Assembly: GCA_964057225.1 (NCBI GenBank)
Contig: OZ059896.1
Location: 1,798,001 to 1,862,000 of the forward strand
Length of the DNA stretch: 64,000 nucleotides
DNA from: Auanema rhodensis
Lineage: Eukaryota > Animalia > Nematoda
Direction of reading: 5' to 3'
Shown: positions 13,801 through 26,943 of the stretch, piece after piece
Position numbering within the stretch: position 1 is the stretch's first letter
Layout of the letters: every line of letters starts with the position of its first letter
Notes under the pieces: model-generated
The model's database searches: none
What the model was told of the DNA's origin: nothing
What the model saw: the letters and a program-made list of their open reading frames with translations, nothing else
Translations under genes and position numbers: made by a program

Positions 13801-14655
13801 ATAACTAATTTTTGTATTGAGCGTTTCTTAATGTAGTATAGTACATTCGATGCGGATTTTTAAGCTGCGTCGATCTGTGTTATCAGATTTGCGCTAGCTT
13901 AAAAATGAACCGAGATATCAACTGATATAGGTTCACACTTATATCCTCGATTTTCACCCTGAAGATTTAATTTTTTCGTTGAATAACATTGTCCATCGTC
14001 TTTGTCTTGAAAAAAGGAATCTAAAAACATCTACTTTTTGTGAAATTATTTTGAAATTTTTCGGGAAAATTTTTGTCAAAATGTTTTTGGAAGCATTGTT
14101 GAGTGTACATGGAAACTCAACATACACTAATGCATCATTTTTCAAACGATCATAACTAATTTTTGTATTGAGCGTTTCTCCATGTAGTATAGTGCATTCG
14201 ATGCGGATTTTTAAGCTGCGTCGATCTGTGTTATCAGATTTGCGCTAGCTTGAAAATGCACCGAGATATCAACTGATATAGGTTCACACTTATATCCTCG
14301 ATTTTCACCGTGAAGAATTAATTTTTTTGTTGAATAACAATGTCCATCGTCTTTGTCTTGAAAAAAGGAATCTAAAAACATCTACTTTTTGTGAAATTAT
14401 TTTGAAATTTTTCGGGAAAATTTTTGTCAAAATGTTTCTGGAAGCAATGTTGAGTGTACATGGAAACTCAACATACACTAATGCATCATTTTTCAAACGA
14501 TCATAACTAATTTTTGTATTGAGTGTTTCCCAATGTAGTATAGTGCATTCGATGTGGATTTTTAAGCTGCGTCGATCTGTGTTATCAGATTTGCGCTAGC
14601 TTAAAAATGCACCGAGATATCAACTGATATAAGTTCACACTTATATCCTCGATTT
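4828..14655. repeat. Higher-order duplication of 14 monomers (4914 bp x 2)
   Basis: Rare alleles recur 4914 bp apart: caaaGgatc + ctgGgtcg in monomers 5179/10093, cttGgtc in 5530/10444, actttCtgtg in 7987/12901, gagatCtc in 6232/11146 and 8338/13252. The order of variants matches in 11 of 14 ORF barcodes. Confidence 0.88.
4970..4997. other. Perfect 9-bp stem with 10-nt loop ('H3'), one per monomer; representative copy
   Basis: ATGTTGAGT gtacatggaa ACTCAACAT. Confidence 0.9.
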
Positions 14656-17600
14656 TCACCCTGAAGAATTAATTTTTTTGTTGAATAACAATGTCCATCG
14701 TCTTTGTCTTGAAAAAAGGAATCTAAAAACATCTACTTTTTGTGAAATTATTTTGAAATTTTTCGGGAAACTTTTTGTCAAAATGTTTTTGGAAGCAATG
14801 TTGAGTGTACATGGAAACTCAACATACACTAATGCATCATTTTTCAAACGATCATAACTAATTTTTGTATTGAGCGTTTCTCAATGTAGTATAGTGCATT
14901 CGATGCGGATTTTTAAGCTGCGTCGATCTGTGTTATCAGATTTGCGCTAGCTTGAAAATGCACCGAGATATCAACTGATATAGGTTCACACTTATATCCT
15001 CGATTTTCACCCTGAAGAATTAATTTTTTTGTTGAATAACAATGTCCATCGTCTTTGTCTTGAAAAAAGGAATCTAAAAACATCTACTTTTTGTGAAATT
15101 ATTTTGAAATTTTTCGGGAAACTTTTTGTCAAAATGTTTTTGGAAGCAATGTTGAGTGTACATGGAAACTCAACATACACTAATGCATCATTTTTCAAAC
15201 GATCATAACTAATTTTTGTATTGAGTGTTTCCCAATGTAGTATAGTGCATTCGATGTGGATTTTTAAGCTGCGTCGATCTGTGTTATCAGATTTGCGCTA
15301 GCTTAAAAATGAACCGAGATATCAACTGATATAGGTTCACACTTATATCCTCGATTTTCACCCTGAAGAATTAATTTTTTTGTTGAATAACAATGTCCAT
15401 CGTCTTTGTCTTGAAAAAAGGAATCTAAAAACATCTACTTTCTGTGAAATTATTTTGAAATTTTTCGGGAAAAGTTTTGTCAAAATGTTTTTGGAAGCAA
15501 TGTTGAGTGTACATGGAAACTCAACATACACTAATGCATCATTTTTCAAACGATCATAACTAATTTTTGTATTGAGCGTTTCTCCGTGTAGTATAGTGCA
15601 TTCGATGCGGATTTTTAAGCTGCGTCGATCTGTGTTATCAGATTTGCGCTAGCTTGAAAATGCACCGAGATATCAACTGATATAGGTTCACACTTATATC
15701 CTCGATTTTCACCGTGAAGATTTAATTTTTTCGTTGAATAACATTGTCCATCGTCTTTGTCTTGAAAAAAGGAATCTAAAAACATCTACTTTTTGTGAAA
15801 TTATTTTGAAATTTTTCGGGAAAATTTTTGTCAAAATGTTTTTGGAAGCATTGTTGAGTGTACATGGAAACTCAACATACACTAATGCATCATTTTTCAA
15901 ACGATCATAACTAATTTTTGTATTGAGCGTTTCTCCATGTAGTATAGTGCATTCGATGCGGATTTTTAAGCTGCGTCGATCTGTGTTATCAGATTTGCGC
16001 TAGCTTGAAAATGCACCGAGATATCAACTGATATAGGTTTACACTTATATCCTCGATTTTCACCGTGAAGAATTAATTTTTTCGTTGAATAACAATGTCC
16101 ATCGTCTTTGTCTTGAAAAAAGGAATCTAAAAACATCTACTTTTTGTAAATTTATTCTGAAATTTTTCGGGAAAATGTTTGTCAAAATGTTTTTGGAAGC
16201 AATGTTGAGTGTACATGGAAACTCAACATACACTAATGCATCATTTTTCAAACAATCATAACTAATTTTTGTATTGAGCGTTTCTTAATGTAGTATAGTA
16301 CATTCGATGCGGATTTTTAAGCTGCGTCGATCTGTGTTATCAGATTTGCGCTAGCTTAAAAATGAACCGAGATATCAACTGATATAGGTTCACACTTATA
16401 TCCTCGATTTTCACCCTGAAGATTTAATTTTTTCGTTGAATAACATTGTCCATCGTCTTTGTCTTGAAAAAAGGAATCTAAAAACATCTACTTTTTGTGA
16501 AATTATTTTGAAATTTTTCGGGAAAATTTTTGTCAAAATGTTTTTGGAAGCATTGTTGAGTGTACATGGAAACTCAACATACACTAATGCATCATTTTTC
16601 AAACGATCATAACTAATTTTTGTATTGAGCGTTGCTTAATGTAGTATAGTGCATTCGATGCGGATTTTTAAGCTGCGTCGATCTGTGTTATCAGATTTGC
16701 GCTACCTTAAAAATACACCGAGATATCAACTGATATAAGTTCACACTTATATCCTCGATTTTCACCCTGAAGAATTAATTTTTTTGTTGAATAACAATGT
16801 CCATCGTCTTTGTCTTGAAAAAAGGAATCTAAAAACATCTACTTTTTGTAAATTTATTCTGAAATTTTTCGGGAAAATGTTTGTCAAAATGTTTTTGGAA
16901 GCAATGTTGAGTGTACATGGAAACTCAACATACACTAATGCATCATTTTTCAAACAATCATAACTAATTTTTGTATTGAGCGTTTCTTAATGTAGTATAG
17001 TACATTCGATGCGGATTTTTAAGCTGCGTCGATCTGTGTTATCAGATTTGCGCTAGCTTAAAAATGAACCGAGATATCAACTGATATAGGTTCACACTTA
17101 TATCCTCGATTTTCACCCTGAAGATTTAATTTTTTCGTTGAATAACATTGTCCATCGTCTTTGTCTTGAAAAAAGGAATCTAAAAACATCTACTTTTTGT
17201 GAAATTATTTTGAAATTTTTCGGGAAAATTTTTGTCAAAATGTTTTTGGAAGCATTGTTGAGTGTACATGGAAACTCAACATACACTAATGCATCATTTT
17301 TCAAACGATCATAACTAATTTTTGTATTAAGCGTTTCTTAATGTAGTATAGTGCATTCGATGTGGATTTTTAAGCTGCGTCGATCTGTGTTATCAGATTT
17401 GCGCTAGCTTAAAAATGCACCGAGATATCAACTGATATAGGTTCACACTTATATCCTCGATTTTCACCGTGAAGAATTAATTTTTTTGTTGAATGACAAT
17501 GTCCATCGTCTTTGTCTTGAAAAAAGAAATCTAAAAACATCTACTTTTTGTAAAATTATTTTGAAATTTTTCGGGAAAATTTTTGTCAAAATGTTTTTGG

Positions 17601-18867
17601 AAGCAATGTTGTGTGTACATGGAAACTCAACATACACTAATGCATCATTTTTCAAACGATCATAACTAATTTTTGTATTGAGCGTTTCTCAATGTAGTAT
17701 AGTGCATTCGATGCGGATTTTTAAGCTGCGTCGATCTGTGTTATCAGATTTGCGCTAGCTTAAAAATGAACCGAGATATCAACTGATATAAGTTCACACT
17801 TATATCCTCGATTTTCACCGTGAAGAATTAATTTTTTTGTTGAATGACAATGTCCATCGTCTTTGTCTTGAAAAAAGGAATCTAAAAACATCTACTTTTT
17901 GTAAATTTATTCTGAAATTTTTCGGGAAAATGTTTGTCAAAATGTTTTTGGAAGCAATGTTGAGTGTACATGGAAACTCAACATACACTAATGCATCATT
18001 TTTCAAACAATCATAACTAATTTTTGTATTGAGCGTTTCTTAATGTAGTATAGTACATTCGATGCGGATTTTTAAGCTGCGTCGATCTGTGTTATCAGAT
18101 TTGCGCTAGCTTAAAAATGAACCGAGATATCAACTGATATAGGTTCACACTTATATCCTCGATTTTCACCCTGAAGATTTAATTTTTTCGTTGAATAACA
18201 TTGTCCATCGTCTTTGTCTTGAAAAAAGGAATCTAAAAACATCTACTTTTTGTGAAATTATTTTGAAATTTTTCGGGAAAATTTTTGTCAAAATGTTTTT
18301 GGAAGCATTGTTGAGTGTACATGGAAACTCAACATACACTAATGCATCATTTTTCAAACGATCATAACTAATTTTTGTATTGAGCGTTTCTCCATGTAGT
18401 ATAGTGCATTCGATGCGGATTTTTAAGCTGCGTCGATCTGTGTTATCAGATTTGCGCTAGCTTAAAAATGCACCGAGATATCAACTGATATAAGTTCACA
18501 CTTATATCCTCGATTTTCACCCTGAAGAATTAATTTTTTTGTTGAATAACAATGTCCATCGTCTTTGTCTTGAAAAAAGGAATCTAAAAACATCTACTTT
18601 TTGTGAAATTATTTTGAAATTTTTCGGGAAAATTTTTGTCAAAATGTTTTTGGAAGCAATGTTGAGTGTACATGGAAACTCAACATACACTAATGCATCA
18701 TTTTTCAAACGATCATAACTAATTTTTGTATTGAGTGTCTCCCAATGTAGTATAGTGCATTCGATGTGGATTTTTAAGCTGCGTCGATCTGTGTTATCAG
18801 ATTTGCGCTAGCTTAAAAATACACCGAGATATCAACTGATATAAGTTCACACTTATATCCTCGATTT

Positions 18868-19221
18868 TCACCCTGAAGAATTAATTTTTTTTTCGTTGAA
18901 TGACAATGTCCATCGTCTTTGTCTTGAAAAAAGGAATCTAAAAACATCTACTTTTCGTAAATTTATTCTGAAATTTTTCGGGAAAATGTTTGTCAAAATG
19001 TTTTTGGAAGCAATGTTGAGTGTACATGGAAACTCAACATACACTAATGCATCATTTTTCAAACAATCATAACTAATTTTTGTATTGAGCGTTTCTTAAT
19101 GTAGTATAGTACATTCGATGCGGATTTTTAAGCTGCGTCGATCTGTGTTATCAGATTTGCGCTAGCTTGAAAATGCACCGAGATATCAACTGATATAGGT
19201 TCACACTTATATCCTCGATTT
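18868..19221. repeat. Single 354-bp monomer (+3 T in a homopolymer run)
   Basis: T9 followed by cg at 18885-18893, against T6-cg in related monomers. The next ORF start is 354 bp later. Confidence 0.9.
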
Positions 19222-20274
19222 TCACCCTGAAGATTTAATTTTATCGTTGAATAACATTGTCCATCGTCTTTGTCTTGAAAAAAGGAATCTAAAAACATCT
19301 ACTTTTTGTGAAATTATTTTGAAATTTTTCGGGAAAATTTTTGTCAAAATGTTTTTGGAAGCATTGTTGAGTGTACATGGAAACTCAACATACACTAATG
19401 CATCATTTTTCAAACGATCATAACTAATTTTTGTATTGAGCGTTTCTCCATGTAGTATAGTGCATTCGATGCGGATTTTTAAGCTGCGTCGATCTGTGTT
19501 ATCAGATTTGCGCTAGCTTGAAAATGCACCGAGATATCAACTGATATAGGTTCACACTTATATCCTCGATTTTCACCGTGAAGAATTAATTTTTTTGTTG
19601 AATAACAATGTCCATCGTCTTTGTCTTGAAAAAAGGAATCTAAAAACATCTACTTTTTGTAAATTTATTCTGAAATTTTTCGGGAAAATGTTTGTCAAAA
19701 TGTTTTTGGAAGCAATGTTGAGTGTACATGGAAACTCAACATACACTAATGCATCATTTTTCAAACAATCATAACTAATTTTTGTATTGAGCGTTTCTTG
19801 ATGTAGTATAGTACATTCGATGCGGATTTTTAAGCTGCGTCGATCTGTGTTATCAGATTTGCGCTAGCTTAAAAATGAACCGAGATATCAACTGATATAG
19901 GTTCACACTTATATCCTCGATTTTCACCCTGAAGATTTAATTTTATCGTTGAATAACATTGTCCATCGTCTTTGTCTTGAAAAAAGGAATCTAAAAACAT
20001 CTACTTTTTGTGAAATTATTTTGAAATTTTTCGGGAAAATTTTTGTCAAAATGTTTTTGGAAGCATTGTTGAGTGTACATGGAAACTCAACATACACTAA
20101 TGCATCATTTTTCAAACGATCATAACTAATTTTTGTATTGAGCGTTTCTCCATGTAGTATAGTGCATTCGATGCGGATTTTTAAGCTGCGTCGATCTGTG
20201 TTATCAGATTTGCGCTAGCTTGAAAATGCACCGAGATATCAACTGATATAGGTTCACACTTATATCCTCGATTT

Positions 20275-23200
20275 TCACCGTGAAGAATTAATTTTTTTGT
20301 TGAATAACAATGTCCATCGTCTTTGTCTTAAAAAAAGGAATCTAAAAACATCTACTTTTTGTGAAATTATCTTGAAATTTTTCGGGAAAATTTTTGTCAA
20401 AATGTTTCTGGAAGCAATGTTGAGTGTACATGGAAACTCAACATACACTAATGCATCATTTTTCAAACGATCATAACTAATTTTTGTATTGAGCGTTTCT
20501 CCATGTAGTATAGTGCATTCGATGTGGATTTTTAAGCTGCGTCGATCTGTGTTATCAGATTTGCGCTAGCTTGAAAATGCACCGAGATATCAACTGATAT
20601 AGGTTCACACTTATATCCTCGATTTTCACCGTGAAGAATTAATTTTTTCGTTGAATAACAATGTCCATCGTCTTTGTCTTGGAAAAAGGAATCTAAAAAC
20701 ATCTACTTTTTGTAAATTTATTCTGAAATTTTTCGGGAAAATTTTTGTCAAAATGTTTTTGGAAGCAATGTTGAGTGTACATGGAAACTCAACATACACT
20801 AATGCATCATTTTTCAAACGATCATAACTAATTTTTGTATTGAGCGTTGCTTAATGTAGTATAGTGCATTCGATGCGGATTTTTAAGCTGCGTCGATCTG
20901 TGTTATCAGATTTGCGCTAGCTTAAAAATGTACCGAGATATCAACTGATATAAGTTCACACTTATATCCTCGATTTTCACCCTGAAGAATTAATTTTTTT
21001 GTTGAATAACAATGTCCATCGTCTTTGTCTTGAAAAAAGGAATCTAAAAACATCTACTTTTTGTGAAATTATTTTGAAATTTTTCGGGAAAATTTTTGTC
21101 AAAATGTTTTTGGAAGCAATGTTGAGTGTACATGGAAACTCAACATACACTAATGCATCATTTTTCAAACGATCATAACTAATTTTTGTATTAAGTGTTT
21201 CCCAATGTAGTATAGTGCATTCGATGCGGATTTTTAAGCTGCGTCGATCTGTGTTATCAGATTTGCGCTAGCTTAAAAATGAACCGAGATATCAACTGAT
21301 ATAGGTTCACACTTATATCCTCGATTTTCACCCTGAAGATTTAATTTTTTCGTTGAATAACATTGTCCATCGTCTTTGTCTTGAAAAAAGGAATCTAAAA
21401 ACATCTACTTTTTGTGAAATTATTTTGAAATTTTTCGGGAAAATTTTTGTCAAAATGTTTTTGGAAGCATTGTTGAGTGTACATGGAAACTCAACATACA
21501 CTAATGCATCATTTTTCAAACGATCATAACTAATTTTTGTATTGAGTGTTTCCCAATGTAGTATAGTGCATTCGATGTGGATTTTTAAGCTGCGTCGATC
21601 TGTGTTATCAGATTTGCGCTAGCTTAAAAATGCACCGAGATATCAACTGATATAAGTTCACACTTATATCCTCGATTTTCACCCTGAAGAATTAATTTTT
21701 TTGTTGAATAACAATGTCCATCGTCTTTGTCTTGAAAAAAGGAATCTAAAAACATCTACTTTTTGTGAAATTATTTTGAAATTTTTCGGGAAAATTTTTG
21801 TCAAAATGTTTTTGGAAGCAATGTTGAGTGTACATGGAAACTCAACATACACTAATGCATCATTTTTCAAACGATCATAACTAATTTTTGTATTAAGTGT
21901 TTCCCAATGTAGTATAGTGCATTCGATGCGGATTTTTAAGCTGCGTCGATCTGTGTTATCAGATTTGCGCTAGCTTAAAAATGAACCGAGATATCAACTG
22001 ATATAGGTTCACACTTATATCCTCGATTTTCACCCTGAAGATTTAATTTTTTCGTTGAATAACATTGTCCATCGTCTTTGTCTTGAAAAAAGGAATCTAA
22101 AAACATCTACTTTTTGTGAAATTATTTTGAAATTTTTCGGGAAAATTTTTGTCAAAATGTTTTTGGAAGCATTGTTGAGTGTACATGGAAACTCAACATA
22201 CACTAATGCATCATTTTTCAAACGATCATAACTAATTTTTGTAATGAGCGTTTCTCCATGTAGTATAGTGCATTCGATGCGGATTTTTAAGCTGCGTCGA
22301 TCTGTGTTATCAGATTTGCGCTAGCTTGAAAATGCACCGAGATATCAACTGATATAGGTTCACACTTATATCCTCGATTTTCACCGTGAAGAATTAATTT
22401 TTTTGTTGAATAACAATGTCCATCGTCTTTGTCTTGAAAAAAGGAATCTAAAAACATCTACTTTTTGTGAAATTATCTTGAAATTTTTCGGGAAAATTTT
22501 TGTCAAAATGTTTCTGGAAGCAATGTTGAGTGTACATGGAAACTCAACATACACTAATGCATCATTTTTCAAACGATCATAACTAATTTTTGTATTGAGC
22601 GTTTCTCCATGTAGTATAGTGCATTCGATGTGGATTTTTAAGCTGCGTCGATCTGTGTTATCAGATTTGCGCTAGCTTGAAAATGCACCGAGGTATCAAC
22701 TGATATAGGTTCACACTTATATCCTCGATTTTCACCGTGAAGAATTAATTTTTTCGTTGAATAACAATGTCCATCGTCTTTGTCTTGGAAAAAGGAATCT
22801 AAAAACATCTACTTTTTGTAAATTTATTCTGAAATTTTTCGGGAAAATTTTTGTCAAAATGTTTTTGGAAGCAATGTTGAGTGTACATGGAAACTCAACA
22901 TACACTAATGCATCATTTTTCAAACGATCATAACTAATTTTTGTATTGAGCGTTGCTTAATGTAGTATAGTGCATTCGATGTGGATTTTTAAGCTGCGTC
23001 GATCTGTGTTATCAAATTTGCGCTAGCTTAAAAATGTACCGAGATATCAACTGATATAAGTTCACACTTATATCCTCGATTTTCACCCTGAAGAATTAAT
23101 TTTTTTGTTGAATAACAATGTCCATCGTCTTTGTCTTGAAAAAAGGAATCTAAAAACATCTACTTTTTGTGAAATTATTTTGAAATTTTTCGGGAAAATT

Positions 23201-24486
23201 TTTGTCAAAATGTTTTTGGAAGCAATGTTGAGTGTACATGGAAACTCAACATACACTAATGCATCATTTTTCAAACGATCATAACTAATTTTTGTATTAA
23301 GTGTTTCCCAATGTAGTATAGTGCATTCGATGCGGATTTTTAAGCTGCGTCGATCTGTGTTATCAGATTTGCGCTAGCTTAAAAATGAACCGAGATATCA
23401 ACTGATATAGGTTCACACTTATATCCTCGATTTTCACCCTGAAGATTTAATTTTTTCGTTGAATAACATTGTCCATCGTCTTTGTCTTGAAAAAAGGAAT
23501 CTAAAAACATCTACTTTTTGTGAAATTATTTTGAAATTTTTCGGGAAAATTTTTGTCAAAATGTTTTTGGAAGCATTGTTGAGTGTACATGGAAACTCAA
23601 CATACACTAATGCATCATTTTTCAAACGATCATAACTAATTTTTGTATTGAGTGTTTCCCAATGTAGTATAGTGCATTCGATGTGGATTTTTAAGCTGCG
23701 TCGATCTGTGTTATCAGATTTGCGCTAGCTTAAAAATGCACCGAGATATCAACTGATATAAGTTCACACTTATATCCTCGATTTTCACCCTGAAGAATTA
23801 ATTTTTTTGTTGAATAACAATGTCCATCGTCTTTGTCTTGAAAAAAGGAATCTAAAAACATCTACTTTTTGTGAAATTATTTTGAAATTTTTCGGGAAAA
23901 TTTTTGTCAAAATGTTTTTGGAAGCAATGTTGAGTGTACATGGAAACTCAACATACACTAATGCATCATTTTTCAAACGATCATAACTAATTTTTGTATT
24001 AAGTGTTTCCCAATGTAGTATAGTGCATTCGATGCGGATTTTTAAGCTGCGTCGATCTGTGTTATCAGATTTGCGCTAGCTTAAAAATGAACCGAGATAT
24101 CAACTGATATAGGTTCACACTTATATCCTCGATTTTCACCCTGAAGATTTAATTTTTTCGTTGAATAACATTGTCCATCGTCTTTGTCTTGAAAAAAGGA
24201 ATCTAAAAACATCTACTTTTTGTGAAATTATTTTGAAATTTTTCGGGAAAATTTTTGTCAAAATGTTTTTGGAAGCATTGTTGAGTGTACATGGAAACTC
24301 AACATACACTAATGCATCATTTTTCAAACGATCATAACTAATTTTTGTATTGAGTGTTTCCCAATGTAGTATAGTGCATTCGATGTGGATTTTTAAGCTG
24401 CGTCGATCTGTGTTATCAGATTTGCGCTAGCTTAAAAATGCACCGAGATATCAACTGATATAAGTTCACACTTATATCCTCGATTT
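20275..24486. repeat. Higher-order duplication of 6 monomers (2106 bp x 2), containing a dimer repeat that continues to about 25188
   Basis: attatCttg (monomers 20275/22381), cttgGaaaa (20626/22732) and aaaatgTacc (positions 20931/23037) are all 2106 bp apart. attAagtgtttccc marks alternate monomers (20977, 21679, 23083, 23785, 24487). Confidence 0.88.
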
Positions 24487-26943
24487 TCACCCTGAAGAAT
24501 TAATTTTTTTGTTGAATAACAATGTCCATCGTCTTTGTCTTGAAAAAAGGAATCTAAAAACATCTACTTTTTGTGAAATTATTTTGAAATTTTTCGGGAA
24601 AATTTTTGTCAAAATGTTTTTGGAAGCAATGTTGAGTGTACATGGAAACTCAACATACACTAATGCATCATTTTTCAAACGATCATAACTAATTTTTGTA
24701 TTAAGTGTTTCCCAATGTAGTATAGTGCATTCGATGCGGATTTTTAAGCTGCGTCGATCTGTGTTATCAGATTTGCGCTAGCTTAAAAATGAACCGAGAT
24801 ATCAACTGATATAGGTTCACACTTATATCCTCGATTTTCACCCTGAAGATTTAATTTTTTCGTTGAATAACATTGTCCATCGTCTTTGTCTTGAAAAAAG
24901 GAATCTAAAAACATCTACTTTTTGTGAAATTATTTTGAAATTTTTCGGGAAAATTTTTGTCAAAATGTTTTTGGAAGCATTGTTGAGTGTACATGGAAAC
25001 TCAACATACACTAATGCATCATTTTTCAAACGATCATAACTAATTTTTGTATTGAGTGTTTCCCAATGTAGTATAGTGCATTCGATGTGGATTTTTAAGC
25101 TGCGTCGATCTGTGTTATCAGATTTGCGCTAGCTTAAAAATGCACCGAGATATCAACTGATATAAGTTCACACTTATATCCTCGATTTTCACCCTGAAGA
25201 ATTAATTTTTTTGTTGAATAACAATGTCCATCGTCTTTGTCTTGAAAAAAGGAATCTAAAAACATCTACTTTTTGTGAAATTATTTTGAAATTTTTCGGG
25301 AAAATTTTTGTCAAAATGTTTTTGGAAGCAATGTTGAGTGTACATGGAAACTCAACATACACTAATGCATCATTTTTCAAACGATCATAACTAATTTTTG
25401 TATTGAGTGTTTCCCAATGTAGTATAGTGCATTCGATGTAGATTTTTAAGCTGCGTCGATCTGTGTTATCAGATTTGCGCTAGCTTAAAAATGCACCGAG
25501 ATATCAACTGATATAAGTTCACACTTATATCCTCGATTTTCACCCTGAAGAATTAATTTTTTTGTTGAATAACAATGTCCATCGTCTTTGTCTTGAAAAA
25601 AGGAATCTAAAAACATCTACTTTTTGTGAAATTATTTTGAAATTTTTCGGGAAAATTTTTGTCAAAATGTTTTTGGAAGCAATGTTGAGTGTACATGGAA
25701 ACTCAACATACACTAATGCATCATTTTTCAAACGATCATAACTAATTTTTGTATTGAGTGTTTCCCAATGTAGTATAGTGCATTCGATGTGGATTTTTAA
25801 GCTGCGTCGATCTGTGTTATCAGATTTGCGCTAGCTTAAAAATGCACCGAGATATCAACTGATATAAGTTCACACTTATATCCTCGATTTTCACCCTGAA
25901 GAATTAATTTTTTTGTTGAATAACAATGTCCATCGTCTTTGTCTTGAAAAAAGGAATCTAAAAACATCTACTTTTTGTGAAATTATTTTGAAATTTTTCG
26001 GGAAAATTTTTGTCAAAATGTTTTTGGAAGCAATGTTGAGTGTACATGGAAACTCAACATACACTAATGCATCATTTTTCAAACGATCATAACTAATTTT
26101 TGTATTGAGTGTTTCCCAATGTAGTATAGTGCATTCGATGTGGATTTTTAAGCTGCGTCGATCTGTGTTATCAGATTTGCGCTAGCTTAAAAATGCACCG
26201 AGATATCAACTGATATAAGTTCACACTTATATCCTCGATTTTCACCCTGAAGAATTAATTTTTTTGTTGAATAACAATGTCCATCGTCTTTGTCTTGAAA
26301 AAAGGAATCTAAAAACATCTACTTTTTGTGAAATTATTTTGAAATTTTTCGGGAAAATTTTTGTCAAAATGTTTTTGGAAGCATTGTTGAGTGTACATGG
26401 AAACTCAACATACACTAATGCATCATTTTTCAAACGATCATAACTAATTTTTGTATTGAGCGTTTCTCCATGTAGTATAGTGCATTCGATGCGGATTTTT
26501 AAGCTGCGTCGATCTGTGTTATCAGATTTGCGCTAGCTTGAAAATGCACCGAGATATCAACTGATATAGGTTCACACTTATATCCTCGATTTTCACCGTG
26601 AAGAATTAATTTTTTTGTTGAATAACAATGTCCATCGTCTTTGTCTTGAAAAAAGGAATCTAAAAACATCTACTTTTTGTGAAATTATTTTGAAATTTTT
26701 CGGGAAAATTTTTGTCAAAATGTTTTTGGAAGCATTGTTGAGTGTACATGGAAACTCAACATACACTAATGCATCATTTTTCAAACGATCATAACTAATT
26801 TTTGTATTGAGTGTTTCCCAATGTAGTATAGTGCATTCGATGTGGATTTTTAAGCTGCGTCGATCTGTGTTATCAGATTTGCGCTAGCTTAAAAATGCAC
26901 CGAGATATCAACTGATATAAGTTCACACTTATATCCTCGATTT

